NCBI GenBank assembly: GCA_030141605.1
Contig: JAQGDQ010000264.1
Coordinates: 1-64,000 of the forward strand
Length of the DNA stretch: 64,000 bases
Source of the DNA: Tubiluchus corallicola
Lineage: Eukaryota; Animalia; Priapulida
Direction: 5' to 3'
Part shown: piece by piece, positions 1-13,270 of the stretch
Layout of the letters: every line of letters begins with the position of its first letter
Numbering within the stretch: the stretch's first letter is position 1
Made by a program: the position numbers and the translations under genes
Notes under the pieces: model-generated
What the model was told of the DNA's origin: nothing
Seen by the model: the letters and a program-made list of their open reading frames with translations, nothing else
The model's database searches: none

Positions 1-1299
1 TGTGATATACATATAAATATACCTTGAAATTATTTTGAAGTTTTATATCTCAAACTGCCAAATTACGCACAGAGCTTAGATAACATTGCGTAAAGTTTGA
101 AAAAATAATCAAAGCATTCATAAAGCACTCTTCACTAAATAAACAAAGGGCAAATTACTTTATCTTGTCAACATTTTAAGCATATTTTTTCGTGGACCAG
201 TGCATACTTGGATAGTGAAACAGTAACATTTAACTAACTAGCGCGAACATTTTACATTACTAAGTATTAGTAATGTTTTAGAAATAGATAAGAGCAAATG
301 CTAAGTGATATAACTTTGTAATGAAAATTTTTTGAGGCATAGTTTAAAATTCTCGTTTCTTTTTCTTTACTGTAAAAAAGTCAAAGTCAGAAAGTTACAA
401 CTCGGGGGCCACATCTCAACCATCAATTCTTACGGAATTACTGTATTTTTTCATACCTTTTCCGTACCATTTTTACTCAGCTTCTTGTTACGTTTCCATG
501 GTCAGCAACTCAGTGTGATGACAAATTTTGTACATGGATGGGGACCTACTGTTCTTCCCTAATTGACACAGAGTACACGCAAACAAAACGGCTAGGTTGG
601 TTCGTTTTGGATGCAAAACTGACAATAGTTTTGTAGCGCCATTTCTCATTTACCGTAAATTACGTTTGTTGTTGTCTATAAACTGAGTACATTGGTTCCC
701 ACGTTTCACACTTATTGTTTTGAAACCAATTTAATAGCTGAATATCGCCTGAGTTAAATGTTTCTTTTGCTGAAAAAAAATTCAATCCGTTACCGATCTA
801 ACACAATAACGGTAACCCATGTGGCCACAGCATTTTATGACTATAGAAGCTATCACTGCCTGTGTTTAAAAAATGTGGCCTGATCAAGTCATCCAGCTGA
901 AGGCAGAAATGCTAGATTGTTGAAGGGCTTGCTACCCTTATTTTTATAGTATACATAAATTCATAATACGAATTGATAAATTTGTCGTTTTTACAGTTAA
1001 TTTTTGTGCTACTAGCATGTAGATCCTCTTTAATACGCACTTGGTTCGGAATTACGGTACGATATTTTGCAATTTGCAATTTTTAAATTCTGATCAATGA
1101 ATAAATTTCACAGAAAACAATTGCGATAAGCGAGTTTCACTTTAATTTTCTTTGCTGAAATAGATGGCGCTAGGAGACAATAACTATTTTAGCATCGCAA
1201 CACAAGTACTGCTCAATAAAGAATTCTTTAGATTAAAGAAGATTCATATAGTTATTTTATAATAAACAGTGGTACTTAGATGAGGAGAGAGACAGTATG

Positions 1300-1500
1300 T
1301 AAGTAGGTAAGAGACAGGTAGGTAGTTAGATAAGTTGCATAATTCGATGGGTGGGATTAGTTTGTTCGTTGGTTGATTGGCTGGTAGGTTTGTTGGTTGG
1401 CTGGTGGCGACTGGTTCATTGCCTAGTTAGGCGACCAGTGTGTAAATGGGCATAAGTACATAGGCAGACCATGTTCTACGTAAGTGGGCAAGTAATTTTA
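1300..1500. repeat. Degenerate tetranucleotide microsatellite (TAGG/TTGG-like)
   Basis: Runs such as ggtaggtagttagataag and ttgttcgttggttgattggctggtaggtttgttggttggctgg. Confidence 0.55.
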
Positions 1501-4299
1501 TGCATATTGTAACTAAGTAGTTAACGTGTACACATTATCCCCTTTTTATAATACTCTGATATATAAAGATCAATTACAATCAAAGTTACGGAGAGTAAAG
1601 TACAACTGCTATGCATCAATGTTTGAGTGAACTGAGGGACAGTATTTGAAAAATGACGGTTCTATTTATTTACGTTTAAGAGCAATGAAATAGACTGTAA
1701 TTATTAGCTTTGCTGTCTACTGTATGAGCAAGGATAGTTGACTCAACGCATTATAGACACAATGATTGCTTAATTGATTAGGAACAGTGATGGTTTCTAA
1801 ATTGTTTTCGTAATTAACAAACTGCTACTGTAAAAATGTCGGTCACACGCGCGTTTTCAATCCCTGCCATTTTCCTCTCGTGGTTGGGTGCATTGTATGC
1901 CATGAACGTGTTCAAGTTCATCCAACAAGAATTACTATAGTCGGTTTATTTATTATAATTATCACAGACGACAAGGTCTTTAGAAGATAGGTGGCAGCGA
2001 TTAATTAAGCCTTTATTAATCCTCTTGTTTCAGAAAAATCAACCAATTTATTTCTTTTTTTATGCCGCACATGTTTAAGATATTTCGTGTAATTGTTTTA
2101 AAAATTGCTTTTGTCCCTCTTGACGACCGGTTACTACTTCGGACTCTATAAGGTATTTTGAAAAAAATGACTGAAATCACGTTATTCTTTCGATGTCACA
2201 TTTAGCTTGAAGTATAATAAAAATAAAATAATTTATGAAATAATTCATTTTGAGTTATTAGTAACATTGTGAAAGACAATTATAATGACTCGCAACTATA
2301 GTATCTGTAACCAAATAGCATGCAGCTCTGCGTTCCGATGATTTTTGTGGTCAGCAAGTTATATGAGTTCGGTATGTTGAACGCGCATGCCTACCGTTAT
2401 GAATATGATTACTCGCTGACTTTTACGTCTGTCAGCTTTGCTTTTTGAACTTGATCGAGGTCATTATGAATTTTTATTGCAATAAACTTGTGTCAGAAAG
2501 TCAAATTTTGATAAAAGTAAGTCGATTGCCCAAATTGCAAACGTTGTGTAAAAGGTGATTTCATACCGAGTGAAGTGTGGCATTCAACTTACAACAATTT
2601 TGCTGTTTGTTCGTTCGAAAGCCTCTGGCAAAACTATTACAAAATTCGAAAAATATTCTAAGGCAGTAAGTCGTATTGTATTCTTTCATACAAGTAACAG
2701 GACAGGCAGTCAGCAAGCGCATAATACCCTTTAAAGCTAAGTGGCCAGAAAAAAAGAAAAATAAATTAATGTCAGTGATGTAAAGTAATAAATATGTACT
2801 AAAATTACTATTAAAAGTTTGTAGTATGCTAGTAACCAATGAACAATACTCTCTAGGAGCTAGACATGCTGCTTAATATCATTTAGTTTCGAGCTCAAAA
2901 TGTCAAGTAGATTTATGGAAACAAACAAGCAAAAGCTTTGGGTGTTTATGAAATGTATTTCTAAGTTAACTTAGTCTCATAACTTTTCTTTTGCCTACCT
3001 GCTGGTCATACATGTAAAGTTTACACCCAAAACTCCTTTTGGAGTTTATACTGAACAGCCTGTACTTTTTTAATTTATCACAGAAAGGAATTTCTCCATT
3101 GTAAGGCGTTGTCAGACGTCGTTTCTGCCCTTGGCAAACGTAACGAAAATAACGTTGTACGTAACTAAAGGTCTAATTTTTTACACGTGCGATGTATCTA
3201 ATGCCTAGTGTCTGAGTTTGTGTAGTCTATATACGCTTACGCTAATATCAGTTCTTATGATTAAAAAAGTTAAAAACCAAAATTGTAAAATTGTTCAATT
3301 TTTTTCAAAATTAAACTTTTCAATTCAGCGAAATCAGTTTATCATGTTCCCTTCTTATGATGTCCTTCGAAAAAGAAAAAGTGGCTGTACATGTCTTCGT
3401 TTCGGTTTTGCCCAACAATAGTCAGGAACTGAGAACTAACAGTGTTTTTGTAGCATCAGTGTCCACTCGTCTTCCATGTGTACACGCATGTGGTGTTGAA
3501 TTGGCAGTATTACTGGTCTATCAAATTCGTCCGTAATTTTCGACTAATTTTAGAATGCTTTGAAAGCTTACAGTAATGCTAAGGTCAGTCACTGCCCTGG
3601 GACTCCACATGTCACAATTCTGTACTGTTGTCTGTAATAATCCTTTCTTGAACCACTTTTCCTTTCCAAGATAATTATAGACATATTAATGATAATCATA
3701 CAATTATAAACTATTGTGAAAGCCTATAGCCCGGGGATAGGATTTTCTGAACCATGGAAAACCATAGACCGTGACGACAATAAACATTGTCAATGATCAA
3801 CTACCTGCAAAATCTTCACAAGGCACTTATTATTTGAAATATAGACCAACAGTGCATTTGTTTTACCGAGAAGTCTTAAGCACAACTGTATCGTCTATTT
3901 GATTCTACATACACAGGTAAGATATTGCTCCTTTAAATTCTGGAATCACATTGTTTATGAACATGTTTCTACATTTAATACTTCAATGTACTGGTAAATT
4001 TGCCTAGTCAACTCGTGTGTTTTTATGACAGCCAAGGAATCGCTTTTTGGTTCCTAAAATGGTTCACTCTCAATGACTGGCAGATGCTTAGTTTTAGTTT
4101 ATTTAAGTTCAGTTTAGTTTAGTTTGACATTCATGAAATCATACAATAAAATAAAAGTACTACATTATTGTAGATCAAAAATCGCTAGAGCGCGAAAGAG
4201 ACGTACAGGTATTGCTTAAGCGTGTCTAGCATTTAGTGATAATATGACAACATAACAGAACATCCCAAATACAGTCAGATTTAACTATGCAATTTCTTT

Positions 4300-4560
4300 A
4301 CATGTGTCTATCGTAATACTAATACTTAATTGGTTCAATAGAGTTCAAACTTTTCCGGAATATTTTGTTTTGATATTCATAGCAGTGACTTAAAAGACAT
4401 CCATTTATATGTGATAGTAGGGAATTCCATTTTGGCACTAAATGATTTGGGTTATTGCAAGCTGAGCTTGTAGATGCCAAAGCCGAGAACACCATGCAGA
4501 GCGTTGATGTCGAAGACGAAAAATACGTTATACAAAAGGCATGCACATTCGCCCAGACAA
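4300..4560 (-). mobile_element. Short decayed LINE (CR1/L2-like) 3' fragment
   Basis: Minus-strand translation contains PKWNSLLSHI, resembling the WNxLP motif at the end of CR1/L2 ORF2. Weak evidence. Confidence 0.35.
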
Positions 4561-5246
4561 ATATTTGGATGTTTAACTTTACATAACAAAAACGACCACA
4601 GTTTCGATAATTTTTCTTAGACGTGATAAGGGTTGTCTATACGTTAAAAACAAATAAATTATCGATAATTCACGCCCATTCGCGAACGAGTTCTACTTCA
4701 ATATACAGCCAAAAGAAAAATTGAAATCTGATCTTATTATACAAAGCTCTTTCTCGCTGTCGGCCTGATTAGACAACAAAATGCTATGCAATTTATGTCA
4801 CGTCGATTTGCAAAAACTAGATACCGGTCTATTGAATTTCAAACTATAAAGTGACATTATCGAGCTATTCACTCCAAGATGTTTTACAAATCAAATATAT
4901 TTCAACTATATAGACAGACGTCGTAGACTTATTTACCCGTTAACAAAACTATTTTAAAAATTTAAAAAATTGGTCATTGAAAATAAAAATGATAATCTTA
5001 TTTTTACATGCCACATCGAATAGAGCGTTTTTATTTCTGTAATTAGGTCAATAAATTTTAATATTAAATAACTGATTCAACATGAAGCTAAGCTACATTT
5101 CGCAATACACTAGGTGAAAGTTTTGGATTTTCAGTCTTTTCACAAGCCTTTCTGGTTTTAGAAATTCGAAAATACCTGGAATACCAGAAAAGCCATAAAA
5201 CACTTTTAAACATTAATATTTGTTTTCAGCTTACGTATAGGACAGT

Positions 5247-8200
5247 ATGTGGTCAGTGACGTGGTCTTGGCTTCTCTCTTTAGTCTGCTTCTGCTTGACT
5301 GTGCACGGAAAGGTTTTTGAAAAATGCGAAGTGTCAGAAACATTTCTAAAACTCGGCGCACCGCCTTCGCAGCTTGCAGACTGTAAGTATAATTATTGGG
5401 GGTTTTCAGACAAGAATTGTGAAAGAAACTTTAAATTAAGAACCTTTGGACTACAAGCCAAACATCTAGACTACACATCCCTACAAGATGACAGAACTTA
5501 CTAATTCACGTATCCATCCACCATTCACACTTGTGTGGGTGGCAACTCTCCGAAACCCTTCTTCTAAATTTTAGCTTCTAAATATTATTAACTTGCTACA
5601 GTAACTTGCTACAAAGGCAGCTTAAAACCTTTGTTAAACTAGGTGGATGTTAGCACGGTAATTAAAATATTTGTAGTAATGCACCAAGTTACTGCGAACG
5701 ATCAATATTACCCGGTAATGCTAACGTATCAAATGAAATTATCTAGAGGTTCTTTCACAGTTCGTTATATAACATAACATTCTGCTAAATAAGCAAAGAA
5801 CAAACGAAGACATCATTTGAACGGCAAAACTTTCCAGATTTTAGTCTGACCACCTAAAAAGACAGTTTAAGAAATGAAATTAATGGGCACTACATTCAGC
5901 AATTCTTAAGAGTGTAAGAGTAAGAGTGCCTTCGTGTAAAGCAGTTGGTCTTTGTTGTGAAATGGCTGAAGTAACTGATAAAAAATACTTTACATTAAGG
6001 ATCAGTTTTTTTGTTAAAGTCTAAGCTTCTACTTAAAATCTTATAGTTTTTTAACTACACGTATCTAATTGGTACTTGTATATAACCAAAACAATTCCAT
6101 GACAATGGGCCTGGTCTCGACAAAACATGTAAATTTTTGCGGAAAAAATGATTTTTGAATAACATGTTAGAACAATAAAATGCTCTCGTACGGAACCGCT
6201 CAAGTACTAAAAGTTTTAACTACTGAGATAGGAATGAATAGAAAACTCTACCATCAATTAAATTTTTTATTTGAGCAAATTTTAAAGTAAGTATTTACAA
6301 ATTAAGCCAACAAGAAAGTCAACATTTCATTTCAGTCTATGCGCAGTTTATTTACTATGCGTTTTCGTGATAATTACTGCAGTCAAAAAGCATTGCATCT
6401 TAGCTTACACGTCAATAACATTTCGTTTGCTGTGCACTGTATGCATTCAAAATTCTCTTTGGTGTTTTCGAACCTGTCAAAAAACGAACTCTGTCATGGC
6501 AACAGGCAAGTGAGATATTTCTATAATGATGTAATAACATATATTCTGTAAACTCCAAGATTGTTAGCGACCTATGAGTTACAGACATTTTGTTCCACCT
6601 GAAAAACCAACAGCTTGAAAATAAACAAAACTATAATGCAGTGTAACAACAAGCACGAGTCTGCCACGAGCTGATGACCCAGTAATACAGATTTTAGTCA
6701 TTTACTTTATATTATTCAGTGACCTATACGTCGTCGACTCTGTAGCCGCAATGTCGTGCTGACTTAGTTAACACAATTACGTGACTAATTATGCACAGGT
6801 AATCGCTGCGATCTTTCTGAAACTTTATGCTGAATTTGCATGCAACTGTGTTTTTAATTATTCGACCAAAGCAGTTGATTAAGCTCAAGGTGAATGACAA
6901 ATAATTTTCATGGCCATAATTAGTTCCTAATATTCTCGCCAGGAGTCATCTCATGCATGAATCGTAACCAAAAAAGAAGCACTTTGTGTCAATGGAACCT
7001 ATTTTGGCCTTACCTCAGACCTGGTATTATAAATTAAGTGTTACACTGAATAATCTCATAATTTTATTTTTATATAGGGGTATGCCTTGTGGCTCACCAG
7101 GGACAGTTTGACTCCAGTTTGCTTCAGGGACCGGCCGTTGATGGAAGCCAAGACTGGGGAATGTTCCAAATCAGCGATAACTACTGGTGCGATCCGACGC
7201 CACCTGCTGGAACTGACACTGGGTTTGACAGTAGCATTTTCGGTGTACCCGTTTCAAGCGCAGAAGAGCAAGGAAATAATCTTAGACCTAACCTCTGCAA
7301 TATAAGCTGTTACAGTAAGTCTGCGGTTTACTACTTTTTTTTCTATTCTGTCAAATTTTTATTTAACTGGCGAACTTGTTTCCACACGGGATAAAACTAA
7401 GTGTGAGCAACTCATTTTAGAAACATTACTTTTTATTACGAATGCTCAGTGGCATTGAAAGTTGGTATTTTCTGTTGATTACGTATAGCATCATTGCTAC
7501 CACGCCTATCATCTATAAATAATAAAAACTCCACGGAATGTCTGCAATGTAAGACCACAACGTTATCCGCAGGTACATTGGGTTACTTTCCAAGGTCACT
7601 TGCGTGAAAGTACTGTATTATTCTACACGTGACCTCTAATTTTATGGTTTCAGACAATTGAGCCTTTAAAGACTGACCTAGTTATAGTTTGATATGAGTT
7701 AAATTGCCCCGTTTCATTTCTATATTAGAAATTTATGACTCAGTTTAATAGCATGTGCTTTCTCCGTTGCAGAACTTATCGACGATGATTTGACAGATGA
7801 TTTCCAGTGTGCACAAACCATTTATAACGCTCATGGATACCACGCTTGGTATGTGTCCCGCCATGCTTTGGCATTTAAAATGTTTCAAAACTTTAACTAC
7901 ACCGATTGGCTACAATAATTTATCCGTTCTTTTCTCTGTTTTTCAAATGTTACGATTTTTTAGAGTTTTTTCTCAGATCTGACGATGAGAACTAAAGTGT
8001 GTTCTTAAAACGCCATCTTTTAATAATAAAATTCATTAAAAAGCGTAATATTGTGAAATTTTGTGTAAAAACATTCTTACTTTTAAAAACGTTCATATAA
8101 TTTATACGCTACTTGTTTTGTATATGTTGTTTTATATGTGGCGTAACATTTTATAATACCATCGTGTAACGTGTATATTTCCGTTACACACAAAAATTGC

Positions 8201-10043
8201 TGTATGTTTATATATTACTGTTACAAATATAATGTCGACTATTGCGCTTTTTGGCATACTACTTGTATACAGGCGGCATAATGATCCTTCAAGTTACAAT
8301 GCTATAATAAATTATGTAAAATGTGCTGGCTTCAGGCATTAGGCTTTATTAAAAATTACACAGTAGTATAGATATTGTCTGTCGTCTCTTTATTAATAAA
8401 GGAGAAGGAAAACAATATCCATACTACCCTGTTATTTTTAGTGAAGTCTGAAGCTGGTTGTCCGACATTGGCCTATTTTGACCATGCTGCGAAGTGTTAC
8501 CCGCTCAATCAACTTTTCCCTTAAACTTCGAGGAAATGATGTAATGGCACATACACATATGTTTAGAAAAATGCAATCTTTCTAACTTATTAACTAACTG
8601 TCTGTTTCTATAATTAACAAAACCATTTAATGACTTTTAAGTTAGTGCTTTTTAGGAACAATTTGCTAAAAATGTTCAGTGGGGCCTTTCGCTTAAATAT
8701 CTACTGACGAAATTACATTTCTAGTCCTGCATTAAATGTTCGTTTGGAAACGCTGCTCTTAATTTCAAATGTTCCTTATTTAGTTCCTAATACTTTTCCT
8801 ACTAAGGCGCGAGCAAGGTCTCAGAACAAACACTTTTACTGGCCGATGGAAAACCCCATTAGAAAAACACATCAGTTGTCATTAAACAAGCAATCAGGGC
8901 ATTCAAAGTAAAGGATGATTAGAGACCCCCCCCCCCCGTTAACGGAATTTACAAAATCAAAAAAGTTTAACTGGGATCTAAGTTCAGAATGATAAGTTTA
9001 AAGTCGCCGCTTTGTATGATATCCTAAAAATGCTTGCGCCGTCTATGGTGAGCGCTGCCCACACTTTTTAACCTCTAAATTTTTACTATTGGTTACGATT
9101 GGATTACCTGCATGTTCAGCCCTCAATTTCGATTTTCTCATCAATAATGATTCATCCATATAGTCCTTAAATCACCACCCGCGTTTCTCCCCGTCCCAGT
9201 TCATGCACAACTTTCCGTGCGGGTGGAAAACCTAATACAGTACATTTATAATTTCCATTATTTGTGACCTGTAGTAGGTTCAAGCCTCAAGTTTAAGCTA
9301 AATTTAAGTTTAAGTACATTGGTATAAAAAATTACATATAATACAGATTTTACATTAGTTAATGTATGTAACAATAAAAGAGAAAATGAATATGTTTGTA
9401 AAATGATGAAATTTAAACAAAAAATACAGTTCTGATAATTAAATATCATTTTCATGATATTATGGCTAACCAAAAAGTCACCAGACTTATAAGGCCAAAT
9501 TCAGTAAAATAAATAAAAAAACGTGCCCAATAATGAAAGTAAAAAATTGTAAAATAAAAGTTATTTAGCATTATAAAAGTATTATAATATAATTCTCATT
9601 TATGAAATTTATATGAGATTTAATTTTTTCACATCACAAGTTGTCCCATGAAACAGGGCCCTGGTAACCAATAAAATGTTTCATAAGGTCAGTTCTTACT
9701 TTCGAAATAATTATTATGGTAGTCATTGAACTGCCTACTATTATACATATAAAGTGTTTTGTCTTTTATTATCTTTTTTGCAGAATTTTCATAAATTTGT
9801 GGATTAGCTAACTATTCACGGAGGATTAATAAATAATGGACATTAAACGGTTGAAATAATAATAGATTCGTTTCTTCATTAGCTGCTGTTTGAATTTCAT
9901 TTAGGTTTGCATGGCGGCAATACTGTCTTAACAAGGACGTCACAGAATACATTAGAGGATGTCAAGACTGCCAATGTACTTGTTCTGCTACAAAAACCAG
10001 CAAAATTGTAGACGCTCTTGGACAATCTAATACCAATCTCTAA
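5247..10043 (+). CDS. Secreted c-type lysozyme / alpha-lactalbumin family (GH22) protein, 195 aa, 4 coding exons, predicted non-catalytic
   Basis: Exons 5247-5382, 7078-7314, 7773-7848 and 9905-10043 are joined by GT-AG introns in phases 1,1,2. The signal peptide MWSVTWSWLLSLVCFCLTVHG is followed by KVFEKCE, WVCLVAHQG, DGSQDWGMFQISDNYWC, NLCNISCYKLIDDDLTDDFQCAQTI and AWFAWRQYCLNKDVTEYIRGC. All 8 canonical GH22 cysteines are present. An acceptor at 5228-5229 implies an upstream 5'UTR exon (candidate donor at 3917). Confidence 0.93.
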
Positions 10044-10661
10044 ACATTTTGAAGAACTTTCCAATTGAGTTAATGCGTCTACTCTAATGAAAGCAAATAC
10101 CGAGTAACCTCATTGGCTCAGCTACATCACTGTCGATGGACCGTCACAGTAACTGGATGGATGGGTGAACATAAGATCAGACTAGCACGCTTTTTAAAAT
10201 CGTTGCAGTTCCAAATTATGTTATTATTTGTAAAAAAAACATTAACTTAGGCTTATTATATCCACAGCAGCCTATGAGAAATTCAACTGAATGTCTTAAC
10301 TGATTCTATCACAACTTAATTTTAAAATCGTTATTTTGCCAGTTACAGGTAGATATACATATTTAAATTGAAATATTATTAATATTATAAGTTGATCAAA
10401 TAATTATTACTATCTAGATATTTGAACTATCTAGATAGTTTTTGTGTCATAAAAAATGCAGATCTGAATATATGTACAGATAAATGAAATTATATTAAAT
10501 CATTATAAATTCGAGCAAGGCTTCTGTTATTTTATTTTATGTGTTAACCGTACGTCTTAACTTCGTTGTACACGACAACTTCACCTCACATTAGGTTTAT
10601 AAATTTAAGTTAGAAAGATGGTTCCGGGCAACACGAGCAATTGGCATTGTTTCTGAATGTC

Positions 10662-10830
10662 AGCGGACAGTCACTTTTGGACAGTGAACACTTGTGATAC
10701 TAGAGCAACATAGTCTAGATACACACTTGGGCACTGGACATCTGGGCAGATAGGCAGTGAACACGGGTTTAATGGACAGTTCACTCAGTAGACATTGAAC
10801 AGTTGGGCAGCGGCACTTGTGCAGTGGATG
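10662..10830. repeat. Degenerate minisatellite (ggacagtgaacac-like units)
   Basis: Recurring ggacagt/ggcagtgaacac/gggcactggaca variants. Confidence 0.45.
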
Positions 10831-10989
10831 CTTTAATAGTCTAGTCAAATTAGCTCAAAGAAATGCATGGCCCGGACAAAAATAATTATGGTATGGCTAA
10901 ATTTTTGCGTCTTGGCTTTCTTGCCATTTCAAAATCTTTGTGTAATGCTATAGCAGCTATACCTTACCTTAGGATACATTAGGATGTTT

Positions 10990-12430
10990 TGGCAAAGTAA
11001 AAACTTCTAGCCAAATCTTGCATATATGTCAGACACCAAAACATCAATTAAGGCTTTATAATTGTAGACCAGATCTCTTGAAGCCCAATGCTTATCCAGC
11101 CTATTTTTGATTGTATGTATACTGAGTGCAGATACCACTTCATTTGTCAGACTATTCCAGGTATTAAGGATCCTGCTTGAGAAGTTGTGCAGACATACCA
11201 ATTTATTTGCTCTGCTCCTATATAGCTTCAGATGATGTCTTCTTGTTGAACTTCTAGCAACCTCTGCTCTGAGATGTAACTTGGGGCTAATAGCAGTGTC
11301 ATATGGTGCAGGATTTTATACGTTTCTATCATATCTCCTCTATGTCGTCTGTAAGCCAGTGTAGGTAGTTAACGCTGCTTGAGTCTCTCTTCATATGGTA
11401 TTTCTTTTAAATCGATCAAGCTTCTTGTAGGGCATCTCTGAACTTGTTCAATGCTATCAATTAAGCCAATCATAAGAGTATGCCAAACCTAACCTTGTAT
11501 AACCAAACAAAGGTATCATGATCCATATTGATAAAACTTCGCTGTATTATTCCCATCATTCCTTTGGCTTTACTGATTTTTTTCTTGAACATGCTCGTTG
11601 AAAGTTAGCAGTCTGTCGAATGTTACTCCCACTTCCTTTTCGGATGTCACCCATGGAATCTGTTTGCAATCTCTCCCACAAATCAACTTATACCAGTAGC
11701 AGGATTATCTTTTTTACTGCTTGTGATATTTATAGCTTTACATTTCTCAGTGTTGAAATTTAATAGCCAGTCTTGACTCCATTCTACCATGTCGTTGAGA
11801 TCCTCCAGGACAGCTTCCCTGTCTTCTTTTGATTGTATTACCCTATACAGTTTGTGTCATCTGCGAACATCGGTGTACTACAGGCAATATTTGTTGGCAG
11901 AACATTGATGTATATCACAAATAGCACCGGGCCGGGTCATGGTATACCACTATGCACTGGCTGCCAACTTGAACTACTTCCTCGAACCATTATTTTCTGT
12001 TTTCTTCCTTGTAAAAATCTAACAGTTCAGGTTACAATTTCTCTATTGATACAGTAGGACTGGAAGAAAACAAGTGCGGTAATGGTATGGTCAAAACATT
12101 GCACATAAAAATCACTGCGCCAAACTGATATCCACGGCACATCCAGTGCATCTATTGCTTTCAGTCCGATTATTAAAAACCACTAACGTGTGAAATACGG
12201 TAAGCCCAAACAAAGAACATACTGGTTGTTACATATAAATCTGTTATTCAGCAAATAGCCCAGTATGTGGTCTCTGATAAACTTTTCCATCACTTTACAG
12301 ACTACGCTCGTTAGTGATACTGGTCGGCAGTCGCTAGTTGCTTGCCATCTTTTTATTACCTTTTTAATGTATAGCTGCTACTTTCACATTTTTCCATGCT
12401 TGTGGGATATGACCTTGAGTTAATGACAAA
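10990..12430 (-). mobile_element. Decayed CR1-clade LINE (RT and C-terminal region)
   Basis: Minus-strand remnants RPVSLTSVVCKVMEKFIRDHI, GPVLFVIYIN, MFADDT, PTLAYRRHRGDMIET and FSSRILNTWNSLTNEVV...KNRLDKHW, interrupted by frameshifts. Confidence 0.88.
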
Positions 12431-12869
12431 TTCGTTAGGATTTAATAATAAGAATTTACGTTAAATCCTCAATCATTGCAGCTTCATGATAACTAAGTCG
12501 AGTAGACTCAGTTGGTTCTTTCCGCAAGCCCCAGTTTATGCAGATTGTTCATAAATAATAAACGTATCCCCCAGGAAATACTCATTGTTTGAAACTGACA
12601 TGTTTGATCAATTGATACTGGGTAAATAAAGCCTCCTGCTATTAGCAAATGACTTGGGTTTTTTTGTAGTGCTTGACTGTATCAATTTCACTAAGTTATA
12701 GTTGTTGACTGCACTTCCACTGCTACTTCTATACATAAATCCAAACAACAGACTTTCTTCATGGTTGTTACTTTCTAGATTTAGGTTTGGGTTTTCTCAT
12801 TACTTTCTAGGTTTTCAGAGAACCTCTGAAAACTCAATTGCAGCGACGACTGTTGTCCCGGTCAAACTC

Positions 12870-13270
12870 TTGTGTAGGTAAAACACAATGACTCTGCAAT
12901 TGAAAGAGGAGTCTTAGTGCATGCCAAATCCAATGCAGTCTTCTTACCCGGACTTGTTTATGCCAAATGTTCTCCTTCACCACATCATACAGATCATCAA
13001 TGGATATTCTGGCAAACCGTTTAATACCTAGCAATTTTCTGTAGAGAGGTCTTTGAAAAGTGTCAATTTCCTTTTGCTGTTTAAAGTTTATTGTCCATAG
13101 CTCAGCATTGTATATAAATACGGGTTCAATCAAATTTTAAAGGATCTGAATTTTGGTATCAAGAGAAAGTCTATTGCTTTCAAAAACTGTCATGAGATCT
13201 GAATAAGCAGACAATGCTAGAATTTTCTTTCATTGTATATGGCTTCGGTGTCTAACGTGCTACCAAGAAA
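12870..13270 (-). mobile_element. Decayed RTE-like LINE fragment (post-RT region)
   Basis: IEPVFIYNAELWT...IDTFQRPLYRKLLGIK...VRRLHWIWHALRL resembles the RTE C-terminal consensus (LLYGxExW...RRLxWxGHxxR). Confidence 0.75.

Noticed and set aside
4420-4428. GGGAATTCC NF-kB-like site upstream of the lysozyme-like CDS
   Set aside because: A single short motif lying inside a probable LINE remnant; expected by chance.
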